In this document: piece after piece, positions 49,431 to 63,250 of the stretch
Position numbering within the stretch: position 1 is the stretch's first letter
How the letters are laid out: every line of letters starts with the position of its first letter
Assembly: GCF_001194135.2 (NCBI RefSeq)
Contig: NC_068982.1
Location: 38,317,687-38,381,686, forward strand
Origin: Octopus bimaculoides
Lineage: Eukaryota
Direction: 5' to 3'
DNA: 64,000 nt
Position numbers and translations under genes: made by a program
Notes under the pieces: model-generated
Seen by the model: only the letters and a program-made list of their open reading frames with translations
Told to the model about the DNA's origin: nothing
Databases searched by the model: none

Positions 49431-50620
49431 TTTTTCCCACTATAAAAATCATCATGCACAGGCATCTCTTGAAAAAAAAAAGTAAAACCTATCACAAAAA
49501 TGGTTGGTCGTAGCCTTCGCATGTGTGGGATTTTCGATCAGGCGATAGCAATACTCGAATACGAGTTTGCAGCCATCATATGTATGTATGTATGTATATC
49601 CTGTGATTTATCCTTTGGTAACTTGTAACCATTGTTCACAATTTCCATTATAAAATATATAAGAAAAAAATAAAAACACCGATACATCACGTATTTTTCA
49701 CAGAACTTGCATAGCACGCCACGCTTAAGTAAAGAGAATGTCAGAGCTGACTGCTCATCGAAGTAAGCAAGACAGAATATGTTGCCCTTAGTTTTTGGGC
49801 AAAATCTACGTGTTCTTAAGCTAAACTGATGTTCTTAACTTAAGTTGGTAAATAAGTATTTTAGGGAACAGATAAATTTCGCACTGACGTAAAGGTTTGT
49901 ATAACAGATTCTGAATAATTAAATACTTCTATCCATAATCGTTTATAGAATAATGATAGTCTTGACCAGTAAACAATAATGTTTCTCTCTCTGGAAAGAG
50001 ATTGAAGGTTGGATTCCTTTCGGAGCGAAAAATACTGAATATTATTCATTCGTTCCTGAATTGTTTAGAAATATATGCTGCATATTTTAAAATGACATCT
50101 TAAATGCAACATGTATGCTGCAGTTCTGTATGTGCATACTCAGACACGTACATTTGCAATAAAGAGAAAAGAATAATTCAAATCAAGAAATACAAGGGAG
50201 ACAATACTGAAATGCAAATTACATACAAATTGATTCGGGGCTACAATGGTCAGTGAATCTAATCTTTGGCAAATACAGTGACAACTCTAGATATGAAGGC
50301 TTTAGAAATCAGTAAAGTTTAAATTACGAAGCAAAACATTTGGATTTAAAGATCAACCAGCTTGTCAATATGGAAAATTATGAATCATAACAATTAACAT
50401 TGGTACCGTCCTCTGTTGACTAAAATACTCAACGAAATAAATATCTTGATACACCATGTAATCTACATATTTCAACATATAAATGATATTTGTTTGTAAA
50501 GGTCCCATTTGAATAATTTGGATATTAGAGTTAATTAATTTCGCATGCGCACACACAGTCATAAACACTAAAACAAGTATAAATATGTGTATGTATGTAT
50601 GTATGTATGTATGTATGTAT

Positions 50621-50740
50621 GTGAAGGCGCATGACCTAGTAGTCAGACTGTTGCAATCACGATCGCTAGATCGTGGGGGTTCGATTCCCAGACCGGGCGG
50701 CGCATTGTCTTCTTGAACAAAACACTTCATTTCACGTTGC
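50621..50740 (+). mobile_element. SINE family D head, truncated
   Basis: GTGAAGGCGCATGACCTAGTAG...GGGGTTCGATTCCC, directly after (TATG)n. Confidence 0.8.
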
Positions 50741-50744
50741 GCAA

Positions 50745-51045
50745 GTCCCTTTTCGATCAACTTGTTACTGAATGGCACGAGGAACATTCTAGTGAAGTTG
50801 AACATCTTATCTGGCCACCACAGTCCCCAGATCTCAATATTATCGAACATTTATGGTGCATTTTAGAAAAACAAGTGAGGAGTCGATATTCTCCACCATC
50901 ATCATCACTACAAGAACTGGAGACTGTTTTAGCTGAAGAATGGACAAAAATTCCCTTGAAAACAATTCAAACTTTGCACGAGTCCATACTTCATAGAATT
51001 CAAGCTGTAATTTTAAGGTGTTTCCATTATTTTGTCCAACCCATG
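50745..51045 (+). mobile_element. Tc1 3' fragment
   Basis: IWPPQSPDLNIIEHLW..LEKQV; right TIR GGTGTTTCCATTATTTTGTCCAACCCATG followed by TA. Confidence 0.88.
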
Positions 51046-51539
51046 TATACATATAAATGATATTTTGGCTTCATACAATTAATTATCAATTGTATAAAAT
51101 CAGCTGTCTCAATTTTATTGCTATAACGCAGCAGGTGAGAAATGTTTAAATATTGATAAAATAGAATGAGATGCCTAGACAACATAAACTCTTTTTTCAT
51201 CACGAGAACACGATTTTATCTTAGCCACATACATGCATATACGCCTGTACGCACTTAAATGCAAGAGTAGGTTTAGACATGGTTGCTAGAAATGGTAGAA
51301 AAAGCAGCCAAATCATCCTCAAATCACATTGCCTTGTTTTGAAACAAATGACACATTGAAATAATGTAGTGTGAGATGCAGTATGGCTGAAATAAAAATA
51401 GGAAGATTACGGTTGGAATGTCTTTGATCATAAGAGTGACTTAGGGGCTAGAAACAGCAACATCTGCTTTGATACAGTACCTGCTATCTAAATCAATTCT
51501 ATCGATATACATGCACACACACATATAGCTACACAGAAG

Positions 51540-51579
<40 letters not shown>

Positions 51580-51582
<3 letters not shown>

Positions 51583-51728
51583 ATTTCTCGTCTTTACATT
51601 CTGGGTTCAAATTCCGCTGAAGTTGACGTTGCCTTTCATCTCTTCGGGGGTCGATGAAATAAGTACCAGTTAAACACTGGGGTCGATGGAATATCCCAAA
51701 ACTGCTGGCTTGTGCCAAAATTTGAAAC
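51580..51728 (+). mobile_element. SINE family A, 5'-truncated
   Basis: TTCAAATTCCGCTGAAGTTGAC...GTGCCAAAATTTGAAACC. Confidence 0.8.
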
Positions 51729-51762
51729 CATTATTATTATCATTATTATTATTATTATTATT

Positions 51763-52204
51763 GAGTGAGAGAGCAGGGCATGCCATCAAAGTGACACTGG
51801 GGTAAAATATACGAAGCCCATTATACCCATCATGACTACTCGTCTAATAAGGGTACACCAGGCACATGCATCACAACCATATGTGCGCGACATGNNNNNN
51901 NNNNNNNNNNNNNNNNNNNNNNNNNNNNNNNNNNNNNNNNNNNNNNNNNNNNNNNNNNNNNNNNNNNNNNNNNNNNNNNNNNNNNNNNNNNNNNNNNNNN
52001 NNNNNNNNNNNNNNNNNNNNNNNNNNNNNNNNNNNNNNNNNNNNNNNNNNNNNNNNNNNNNNNNNNNNNNNNNNNNNNNNNNNNNNNNNNNGGTCAAACA
52101 ACTGACAAGAAAATCTGTGGTATTCAGCAGAATATTTGCTGTAGCCCATCTTTTATACCAAGACAAAACAATGTATATGATAACACTTCCAATCAATTAA
52201 GATC
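51763..52204. mobile_element. Repeat family B copy (contains gap) between (ATT)n tracts
   Basis: Matches 15688-16245 on both sides of the gap. Confidence 0.85.
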
Positions 52205-52207
52205 TTC

Positions 52208-52274
<67 letters not shown>

Positions 52275-52275
52275 T

Positions 52276-52717
52276 AAGGCGGCGAGCTGACAGAATCGTT
52301 AGCACGCCGGACAAAATGCTTTGCAGCATTTCGTCCATCTTTGCGCTCTAAGTTCAAATTCCGCCAAGTTAGACGTTGCCTCTAATCCTTTCGGAGTAGA
52401 TAAAATAAGTACCGGTTGAATACTGGAGTCGATCTTTGGCCCCCAAAATTTCGGGCCTCGTGCCTATTGTAGAAAAGATTATCATCGTTATTAAGGAGGC
52501 GAACTGGCAGAATCGTTAGCACGCGGGACGAAATTCAGCTGTATTCCTTCTGGTTTGACGTTATGAGTTCAAATAATGTCGTGGTCAACTTTGCTTTTTA
52601 CTCTTCCGGGGTCAATAAAGTAAGTACCAGTTGAGCACTGGGGTTGATGTAGTCGAACTTAACCTATCTCTCGAAACTGCTGGCCTTGTACGAAAAATGT
52701 TGAAATCATCATCATCA

Positions 52718-52764
<47 letters not shown>

Positions 52765-53218
52765 GTTGTTATTAGCGCTGACAGAATCATTAGCACGCTG
52801 GACAACATCTGAAGCAGCATTTCGTCTGTCCTTAATTCTGAGTTCAAATTCCGCCGAAGTCGATTTTGCCTTTCATCCTTTCGAGATCGATGAAATAAGA
52901 ACCAGTTCCGCACTGGGGCCGATGTAATTGACTGGCCCCCTCCCCCAAAATTTTAGGTTTTGTACCTTTAGTAGAAAGGATTATTATTATTATTTTACTA
53001 TAACTGGACATAAGGCGGCGAGCTGGCAGAGTCCTTAGCACGCCGGACAAAATACTAAGCGGCATTTCGTCCGCCTTAACGCTCAAATTTCGCCCCGAGT
53101 AACTTTACTTTTCATCCTTTCGGGGTCGATGAATTAAGTACCAGTTGCGTACTAGGGTTGATGTAAGCGGCCTACCCTCTCCCACAAAATATCAGGCCTT
53201 GTGCCTCTTGTAGAAAGG
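52276..53218 (+). mobile_element. Four head-to-tail SINE family A copies (52276-52477, 52493-52707, 52774-52979, 53012-53218)
   Basis: Each copy matches the consensus; short ATT/ATC-rich spacers separate them. Confidence 0.92.
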
Positions 53219-53859
53219 ATTATAACTTGACATACAAACATTAATACATATGTATATATATATATATATACACACACGCACACAAACACACACACAAACA
53301 TACATATATATATATATACATATACATGAGTGTGTGTATGTGTGTGTGTGCGTGTTGGAGTGGGGGTGAATGCGTTTATGAATTTTATTCGTATGAATGA
53401 CAGAATGCATGTATGTTACGTACGGACAGATCATGGGAACGTATGACTGTGAAAGACTATGATCTCATATAATGTTTTTTTTTCCATTTATGTATTCTTT
53501 TTTAAATATATTACTATCATGTCATCAAAAACTGGATCTTTGGAATTTCATGTGCTACAAACAGGACAAATAAACTGTAAATTCGTTCCAAACCTCAAGA
53601 AAAAGAAAAGAAAAAAAGAAGGGGGTTCGTTCTGCTAAAAAAATGTGCAAGATATATAAAATGCGAGGTACCACTAACTAACCCAATAAATTATACTGGC
53701 CCATGGGTACAAGAGTGTAATATATGAATATCTAGAGTTTAATGATAAATATTTTTTTCAGAAAAGAATGCCCTCAAAAGTCTTATTCCTTTCTTTCATA
53801 TCATCTTCCCTTTTCCCTTTATATAAACATACATAAACGCATGCATGTGTTTGTCTGTC

Positions 53860-54004
53860 TGTCTGTCTCTTTGTATGTATGTCTGTATGTATGTATGTAT
53901 GTATGTATGTATGTATGTATGTATGAATGAATATATGTATGTATGCTAGTATCTGTCTAATACCCCACTCTCTCTCTCCATCTCTATCTATCTATTTATC
54001 TCTT

Positions 54005-54043
<39 letters not shown>

Positions 54044-54068
54044 TATATGTATGTATGTNNNNNNNNNN

Positions 54069-54121
<53 letters not shown>

Positions 54122-54434
54122 ATATATATGTATATAGATTTATATACATATATTAACATGTATGCAGACACGCACGTACGCACATAAAACTCAGGATATT
54201 CCAGCGTAACAATAGAGTAATCAAAACTAATAACACCATGTGCATGTGCATGTATGCGTGCGTGCTTGCGTGTGTGCGCAGTCACATTTGTTTTTATGTA
54301 TATGTATGCATGTATGTGCATATAAGTATATATATTATATATGTATATATGTATTATATATAGGTATGTATATATATATATATATGTATATATATATAAG
54401 TATATATATTATGTATATATGTAATATATAAATA

Positions 54435-54472
<38 letters not shown>

Positions 54473-54476
54473 CACA

Positions 54477-54543
<67 letters not shown>

Positions 54544-54864
54544 TCACTTATACTCACACATACACACACAAACATATAAATACATATCAATGTATTTAAA
54601 ATTTATTGCAATATTTGGAATCTCAAAATTCGACACACGTATATACATGCATATTTACAAACACACATACATACAGTTTCATACATAAGTGCGTATATAC
54701 ATGTTTATACATAAGCATGTGTATGTGTGTGTGTGTGTTTGTGTGTGTATTATTTAAACACATATATAAGTACATATAAATATGTATATATACATATACA
54801 AGTAAATATAATATACAAGTAATACAGTAAATAAATATATATAAATATATATGTATGTATATTT

Positions 54865-54903
<39 letters not shown>

Positions 54904-54908
54904 TTATG

Positions 54909-54940
<32 letters not shown>
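53860..54940. repeat. Extended TA/CA/TATG low-complexity microsatellite field
   Basis: Direct reading. Confidence 0.95.
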
Positions 54941-56106
54941 CAGACAAACAATAACAGTAAATACGTTTAAACATGTATGTATACAAAATGGCACTAATAT
55001 TTACCTTGTTCTTCGGAGCAGCGATTTAGTAAATGTATCACATATGGTATTTCTTTTCAAGATGACACGCTAAAAAACAGCATCGCCAAGCAGACGACCG
55101 AGGCAGGCAGACCGATAGACAAGGCAAGTAAGTTGGCAAAGCAGACAGATAGATTGTTAGGCACGCAGTCGATTGATTGAATGATCAGGCATAACCGAAG
55201 TTTTTCGATGTTTACATTCCTTTACCAATTCCAAATGAATTACACACAATGCGCAACAGTGTTTTTATCTGTAGCTTTTGTTCTGCCAAAACGCATTGTT
55301 GTGATTATTATTTTCGTCTTCATCGGATTCTTTCTTAGCTTAATGATTGAAATAGGTTCTTTTGTGTTGTTGTGTCTGTGTAGGTATGTGCGTGTTTCTG
55401 ATTTTGTATGTAGATTTGTGAGTGCGATGTATTCGTATATGTGTTACAGCTATGTGTAAGAGTAAATCTGATTGCCTATACACCTTGTTAGCTGACATTT
55501 GTCAGTGGAATTTGTTAAAAGATTCTCCTGAGAAAAAAACAACAATTTTCTTTCAGTCTACCATTTTATTTGCCATTATGTTGGGATCTAAGCCAACGAA
55601 GAAGTCTCTTTAAAAGCTTACTTGATTTGTTAGAAATACCTGTCAAATCTCCCTAAAAATCAGTCTTTACAATCCTAAAAAAAAAAAATGATACATTGGA
55701 CATTATGGTCCTGGGTTCCATGCACATAGGAAAAAGACTGGGTTGTCATAGCAAGAATGCCATTGGTCATTAGTCTACTTTGTCAAGGCTAACTTGGTGT
55801 TTAGCATCGATTTCTGTTTCTAAGCCATGGAGTTTCTTAGTGGTCGTTCGTCCCATGAGAGGCAGCCACCAAATTTCCTCAAAATCAAGATCTGCTGTCT
55901 TAAAAGATGAAAAGAAACTTAAGTCCTACCGAGCCATAGTAGGAGGAGATGGTCATGGTCGGTATGCCTTCAATTCGACCAGAGCTGGTCTAGAATTAAA
56001 CAACAATCTCTCTGTCCTCAATGAGTTTTCTGTCTGTCTGCCTGTCTGTTTGTCTTTCTGTCTGTGTATCTTTATCTATATCTATTTGTTTGTGTGTGTG
56101 TGAGTG

Positions 56107-56141
<35 letters not shown>

Positions 56142-56175
56142 TTGTGTGTTTGTGTGTGTCTGTATGTGTATACAT

Positions 56176-56217
<42 letters not shown>

Positions 56218-56289
56218 ATATATATACATATACAAAAAAAAATTAATTTTGGANNNNNNNNNNATATATATATATATATAGATTATGAG

Positions 56290-56640
56290 CAATAGTGGTG
56301 TCAATTAGACCCAGAAGTTTCAGATAATGCTGAGTAAGTGCTATGGATAGACCATATTTAAGCTCCAGGTTCGGTGATTATGCGAATAAGGGGTCCAACG
56401 CAGGTCATATATCAGCGTGTGAATAAGGATTTACTTTTCGTAATGAGATAAAGAAACCAAGGCTGTGTAAATTATAGAACATTTATAAATAGGTCTTACA
56501 GCTGTTTCCAGGNNNNNNNNNNTTTACTTTTCGTAATGAGATAAAGAAACCAAGGCTGTGTAAATTATAGAACATTTATAAATAGGTCTTACAGCTGTTT
56601 CCAGGATATTTATTATACCCCTTCATTGGAGACGGTGTGA
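56290..56640 (-). mobile_element. Penelope-like terminal fragment, related to the 46067 family
   Basis: Shares gtct-CC.ATGA...GAAACAGCTGTAAGAC; ends at (TA)n. Confidence 0.55.
56586..56633 (-). ncRNA. Degenerate minimal hammerhead motif (core CCAAUGAA)
   Basis: gtct-CCAATGAA-ggggtat aataa atatcct-g-GAAAC-AGCT-GTA-agac. Confidence 0.5.
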
Positions 56641-56738
56641 GAGGATGGTTAAGCAATAGTTAATTTAGATAAGATAGGAAATAGAGAGTGAATGCAGGGA
56701 TATTGTATTCTTATGATGCAATAGGTTATTTTGTTTCC

Positions 56739-56780
<42 letters not shown>

Positions 56781-57559
56781 ATTCTTCTTTATCATAGCAG
56801 GAACAATAACAAGTTGTTGGAACTCAATATACTTATAGTTATGATGCAGTGTTACGAAGTTCCAGTAACGAGATGGAATTAATTCACTGACGTACTCCAA
56901 CGTGGATTTATATGAACCAGAAGAAAACTAAAAATGTTAGTATTAATTAATAACTGAATGACAAAAGAACAAGAGTTGTATAATCACTACCATTAGCTTA
57001 CAGCTCCTAATGTACTACTCGCGCGACATCCAGTAGCTTCATCTGTTATTATGATTCAATTAATAGTAAAATTAATAGCTATAATATTAACTAAGCGTAA
57101 GCCTACATTTATTATTCGCTCCCTACACTTTGATAAAATAATAAGGATTTTTTTTTATATTTTAAAATTTTGTTAACAGATATCGTTTATTCACCTATTT
57201 TCAGTTAAGCTCATGTAATATAATAACAAAAATTGTCGTAAAAAGCTATAATTATATAAACAGCTTGAAATCTATTTTGAAGATATCGGAAAAATAACAA
57301 TTTTTTCTAGAAGAGCAAGGTTTCTCTATCTATGAACCTTGACTGATTACGTGCTAAAACAGTGGTGGGGTGAGATTGTCTCCCAGTTTTCAGACACCTT
57401 CGACTGGCCCTAATTTTTTAAAACCTTTAGTCTCTGTCTTAACCCGCTCCGGCATTCCTCTTTGTACACGTCCTATATTATTTGAATAACTAGATAATGA
57501 TTTATTTTTGATAATTTTCTAATTTCATCTTTTTTTTCGTCTTTTTTTTTTATCTTAGG

Positions 57560-59030
57560 AACCATGGCGTTAGATTCAGAGGATGATAAATATTTTGATA
57601 TCAAAGAAACAATGGAAGAGGATGTCAAAATTTATGCAAGAATGGAGGAAAGGGAGGGATTGACTCGAATCAGTATCAGGAAATGCGATGAATGCATACA
57701 GCAGCGTCTGCAAAACCATATTGCGAACGGTCGTTCATGGCAAATGCAGCAATGTAAAAGAACAGGAACACAAGAAAAATGTTTTGGCCGACATTCAGAA
57801 TGAGATACTGAAAGAAAAAAATTATCTCTAAAAAAATAAAATAAAATAAAAACGAATCATACAAAGGACTAAACTCTTTGCATGGGCAGCACCTGAGCTT
57901 TTCCACACCCTTATGTATCTCCATTCCTACAACAGCGTGGATTTCACTTGAACAAAAACGATGATTAGAAAAAGACTGTACTACTGCATCTGCTATGCAT
58001 TGTCGGGAAAGTAAATCAGAAGCAATAATAGTTAATGTACTACGACCAAAAACTATAGAAATGTACTTTGTTAGAGAAGACATTATCTCGTTTGCAGTGT
58101 AAACAGAAGCTTCTAATCATCGGAATAGAAAGATGTTCACTGGGGCTATTAAGTATTTTTATCCATGACTGAACAACAGAATCCTGAACTATTATCATCT
58201 TTAGAAAACCCACATGAATCAGGTAGTAGAATTAGTAAATGTTTTTTGAATTCACTGAACGACCATTATCTGACAAAAAATGAACTGCTATGGTTTTAGT
58301 CCCGATAATTGCTGTGTCAACTTTAGTACCAACAACTCGACATTCACGAGAAAAGAAAATGATGGCATACAAAAGGAAATGGCCAAGCACATAATTTCCA
58401 ACTCAATTTCAATCTTCATTGAAAAGTTGGATGTTGGCTCTTAGAACGTTGAGTTTAAGCCATATGCGTATTTTGCAACATGATGAGGTGAAAAAATTCT
58501 GTAAAGACTTATTGAGACATGTGACTACTAGATAGCTGGCACTTCTTCCACGTGTTCTGGTGGCTCAATTTGAAAGCTTTCCTAAATGTTATCTTCTAGA
58601 GAAAATCATGAATATATTTTCCGTGGTTTCTCACAGAGTGACTTGGCTCGTATACACTTGATATTTGTTAGTTGTATTCTTTCACAGAATTACAAACGAT
58701 ATGAGATGTGGGATCAATACTTCGTAAGTTGCGAATACTCCGAAAAGATGTTCAAGATTCTATCAGTATGACTATCATACATATCGTAAAAAAGTCATTT
58801 AATTGATTTGTCCAATCTCGTTTGCCTGTCCCTCGAGAATGTCGATACGGGCAACATTACGAATCTGAAAGAATTCTCAGAACAATTGTCAAAACAAAAT
58901 TTGGATGTAGATGCATTATACACTGACATAGAATTGCTATAATGATAAGGAAAAAGTGTGCATGTTGTCCAAATTGAACTGTACCCTAGTGTGTTAAGTA
59001 TATTCTTAAAAATACAAAATGTAGCAACAT
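57560..59030 (+). pseudogene. hAT transposase pseudogene (N-terminal Zn-finger-like region and first catalytic region)
   Basis: C..C...HIANG...EHKKN; AAPELFH..LHSYNS; MHCRESKSEAIIVNVL; FAV*TEASNHRNRKMF in broken frames. Confidence 0.75.
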
Positions 59031-59073
59031 ACAATTAAAATGTTGAAAACATTTGCAAGCGATTCTTTTTCAT

Positions 59074-59224
59074 TTTGGCACAAGGTTACTAATTTTGAGG
59101 AGATGGGGAACCGATTACATCGACTCCAGTGTTCAACTGGTACTTATATGCTATTGACCCCGAAAGAATGAAAAGCAAAACCGACCTCGACTTTGTCAGT
59201 GCGGTAACGATTCTGCCAGCTCAC
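59074..59224 (-). mobile_element. SINE family A, internally deleted
   Basis: Reverse complement of consensus. Confidence 0.75.
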
Positions 59225-59779
59225 AATCTAAATACAATTATTAATAATTAACAAGTTAATAGATAGATAAATAGAAAGAAGGAAAACTAAAGTGAAACCG
59301 TAAATTGATTAATTGAAAGGCAAGGGTAATTATAATTCGTGTTTCTTTGAAGCGAGCGGAATTTTCTTAACATTTTTTTGTCTCATCCATGCTTGTAGTT
59401 AATTTGTCTCGAAATAATATGAGTTATGTGATGTGGTTTTTTGATAGAACACTGTTACATCCAACATTTATATCCAACAGTTATATCCGACCTCTCTTGT
59501 TTAGCCAATGACGACAGCCCCTGGTTTGTATGAACGACTCGACTCCCTTGCAGTGTTATCAAACAAAATTCAAAATTAATTCTAGATTTCTACAAAAAGA
59601 AAAGAGCAAAATTTGCTAAAAATGCTAAATAATTAAAAAATAAGGTTAGATACTCTATTTAAAAGGAAGCGTATAAGTTAAAACTTTTGCTAATATATCT
59701 GAATCAATAGCTTACAAATCTTCTAAATCGCCAAATCCGTCAGTATTTTCAGCTCTGCTATCTTATTTCTATGTCAGAT

Positions 59780-60300
59780 GTGTGTCCATTCCTGGCAAAC
59801 CTATTCAATGTGGCTTCATGTAAACAACGGTCTTTGTAGCATTTATCATGGTGTTTCTATCACAAGCATTGGAAGTTGCATCTTATTTAGCAATTTCGTT
59901 TTCAGAACATTAATGCTGTTGAATAATCTTTCTACCTCAGCTTTAAAACTTGGTAACATTAGGAGATTAAGATCGAGCGGATATAGCAACATCTCTTAAG
60001 GCATTTCTGTCCAAAACTTTTCAGTATCAGTAGAGCTGGTCCATTTCACTAAATGTAATACTTGCTATATCATTCTCATTTAAACTGACTCCGAAATAAT
60101 CAACTCATTTACATATCTCAAAATATTTTCTATTGAAAATCAATTTGTGTGTTTTAGCATTTAAGAATTGTCCAGAAACGTTATTTGAGATTTTGTAATG
60201 ACAGAGAAGAAATGTTTTGGTCTTTTCCGAATATTTTTCCAAATATTTTCTTTCATCGTCTTGTGTATCACTTCTGTTGTGTCTCAAATTTTAATCAAGA
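59780..60300 (-). pseudogene. hAT transposase C-terminal dimerisation-domain remnant
   Basis: VKWTSSTDTEKFWTE...LNLLMLPSFKAEVERLFNSINVLKTKLLNKMQL. Confidence 0.75.
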
Positions 60301-60405
60301 ATAAGTTTAGAATCCTCCCAAATATTCAGCATTAAAATAAGAATCAAGAGGATCTATTCTACATGTTGGCGGTACTAAGATTTTTATAATATTTGATCAA
60401 ATGAG

Positions 60406-60600
60406 GGCAGCGAGCGGGCAGACTCGTTAACTTAGCGGCATTTTGTCAGTCTTTACGCTCTGAGTTCAAATTCTGCTTAGATCGACTTTGCCTTTCACCC
60501 TTCGGGGTCGATAAATTAAGTACCAGTTGAGCATTGGGGTTGATGTAATTGACTTACACCCCTGCCACGAAATTGCTGGCCTCATGCAAAAATTGAAACC
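60406..60600 (+). mobile_element. SINE family A with a perfect 18-bp TSD (AATATTTGATCAAATGAG)
   Basis: TSD at 60388-60405 and 60601-60618. Confidence 0.93.
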
Positions 60601-60981
60601 AATATTTGATCAAATGAGTGAGTTCTGTTTTATCCACTGTTCAAGAAGTTTAAATTCTTGACCATTCAAAAAAATAATATGTAATATAAAACATCAAATA
60701 TAAAACAAATTTTTAAAAAAAGAATAAAATAAGACAAGAATTGTTTCACATTCTCCAAAGTTTCTAAATTCTTATGACATCAACAACATACAATTCTAGC
60801 TTGAAAGAATAAAGTTTCTAAAGTAGATGCAAGAAATTCGAAGGATTGCTTTGGTCCAATAGTAGAGAACCTGTCAAATTCACAGGGGAAGTATGTTCGT
60901 GTCCTTTGGGTAGCCTTTAACTTTTTCAGCCTAAAAGATTTTTAATCTATTATTTACACGCTATTGTTTAAACATTATCTC

Positions 60982-61196
60982 AAGGCGGCGAGCTGGTAGA
61001 ATCGTTAAGCACGTCGGGCGAAATGCTTAACGGTATTTCATCCGTCTTTACGTTCTGAGTTCAAATTCCGCCTAGGTCGACTTTGCTTCTCATCCTTTCG
61101 GGATCGATAAATTAAGTACCAGTGAAATACTAGGGTCGATGGAATCGACTACTTCCCTCCCACAATATTTCAGGCCTTGTGCCTGTAGTAGAAAGG
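60982..61196 (+). mobile_element. SINE family A
   Basis: Full consensus with GAAAGG-ATTATT tail. Confidence 0.9.
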
Positions 61197-61829
61197 ATTA
61201 TTTATACCTTAGCTTGATTCAAAATTTACCGTTCCTAAAAAGAATTGTAAAATAAATACTCAATATATTTTATACATAACAATCGAGCAATAAAGCACAT
61301 ATGTCTTGAAACCATTATTTTAGAATGCGTTTGTAATTAAAGTCATTGATTCAGAATTGTATCCACAGCAGGTTTAGTTGATAACCATGTAGTTGGGCAA
61401 CGGTTTAAAATCTTCAGTAGTTCTTTATCACTAATAGGTGATTATAAGCAGTTCGCATTGTTGAAAAGTGGGAAAACTACTAAGTTTCCTAGGAAAACTA
61501 TTAAGTTTCTTCTAGGAAAATTTATAAGTTCCAAGGGAGACGTTCAACAAAGAAAACTACCCCAATAATAACAAATAAACGCATACACACACAACAAATT
61601 AAACACATGCATCCATGATACAAAAGTATTTATGGGACTTTTACTTTCTGACCTTATTTTGTAACTCTTGTCATGATACTGGCATTATCAGTTTCAAAAG
61701 TCGGTAGATTTTCAATGAAAGACTTTCTTTTTCCTCTATTCCACCCCACCCACCGAAGTCTCTACAATATCATTTGCATCATACTTTTATATTTTTCTAG
61801 AAGTACTGAATCAAGTTATTTACCTTTCA

Positions 61830-62040
61830 TCTTTTACTTGTTTCAGTCACTGGACTGCAGCCATGTTGTAGCAACCTTGAAGGTTTTGCTCAAACAAATC
61901 GCCCCTCAGTACGTATTTTTAAGTCTGGGATTTATTCTATTTGTCTCTTTTACCGAACCACTAAGTTACGGGGACGTAATCAGATCAACACCAGTTGTCA
62001 AGCGATAGTTGGAGGACAAGCACAGAGACACACACACACG

Positions 62041-62084
<44 letters not shown>

Positions 62085-62477
62085 ACAGGCTTCTACAGTT
62101 TCCGTTTACCAAATTAACTCACAAGATATTAGTCAGTCCGGAGATATATTCTTTTCTACTCTAGGCACAAGGCCCGAAGTTTTTGGAGAGGGGGCCAGTC
62201 GATTAGATCAACCCCAGTGCGCAACTGGTACTTAATTTGTCGATCCTGAAAGGATGAAAGGCAAAGTCGATCTCGGCGGAATTTTAACTCAGAACGTAAA
62301 GACAGACGAAATACCGGTAAGCATTTCGCCCGGCGTGCTAACGTTTCTGCCAGCTCACCGCCTTAGTCCGGAGATAAATTAGAAGACATTTACCCAAGGT
62401 GCTGCTCAGTGAAACTGGGCCCGAAACCAAGTGATTACAAGGCGAACTTCTTAATCACACAGCCATGCATGCGCCTA
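61830..62477 (-). mobile_element. SINE family C interrupted by a nested family A copy
   Basis: The family C body resumes across the 12-bp TSD. Confidence 0.85.
62147..62364 (-). mobile_element. SINE family A nested in family C, TSD AGTCCGGAGATA
   Basis: TSD at 62135-62146 and 62365-62376. Confidence 0.93.
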
Positions 62478-62854
62478 TGTGTGAACAACATGTTTATAAT
62501 TGTTCCTATATACATTATTGTAATTCTCCTAAACTTCTTAACTGTGATCTCATTGGATTTAGTAATTAGAAGATTAAATTTTCCGGTTTACCACATCAGA
62601 AATGAATTTTTCTTCAAAAGTGTGGAGCAAGCAAGCACATTCTTTACGCATTTCGCACGATGCAACTTCACGTCAAGAACAGTTTCGCTATCATGTTTAT
62701 ATATTTTTGCACAAATTTACTAAATGATCACAGATGTTTAAATGAAGAATGGCAGCAAATCACATTTATCAAAATTTGGTAACAGAAACTGCTGTAAATA
62801 GAGCTGTTGCCACATGTTAGTTCGTTCGACAATAGCTAACTAATTAAAAATATT

Positions 62855-63250
62855 GTGAGTGGCTGTGTGGTTAGTAGCTTGCTTTCCAACCACATGATTC
62901 TGGGTTCATTCCCACTGCGTAGCACCTTGGGCAAGTGTCTTCTACTATAGCCTCGAGCCGACCAAAGCCTTGTGAGTGGATTTGGTGGACGGAAACTGAA
63001 AGAAGCCCGTCGTATGTATGTATATATATATATATATGTGTGTGTCTGTTTGTGTGTCTGTGTTTGTCTCCCCAACATCGCTTGACAACCGATGCTGAGT
63101 GTGTTTACGTCCCTGTAAATTAGTGGTTCGGCAAAAGAGACCAATAGAATAAGTACTAGGCTTACAAAGAATAAGTCCTGGGGTCGATTTTCTCGACTAA
63201 AGGCGGTGCTCCAGCATGGCTACAGTCAAATGACTGAAACAAGTAAAAGA
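62855..63250 (+). mobile_element. SINE family C, near complete
   Basis: GTGGCTGTGTGGTTAG (A box), GGGTTCATTCCC (B box), CACCTTGGGCAAGTGTC, internal TA/TG repeat, tail GACTGAAACAAGTAAAAGA. Confidence 0.9.

Noticed and set aside
57564-57803. 79-aa ORF with good Kozak context as a small host gene
   Set aside because: It is the frameshifted N-terminus of the hAT transposase pseudogene that continues downstream.
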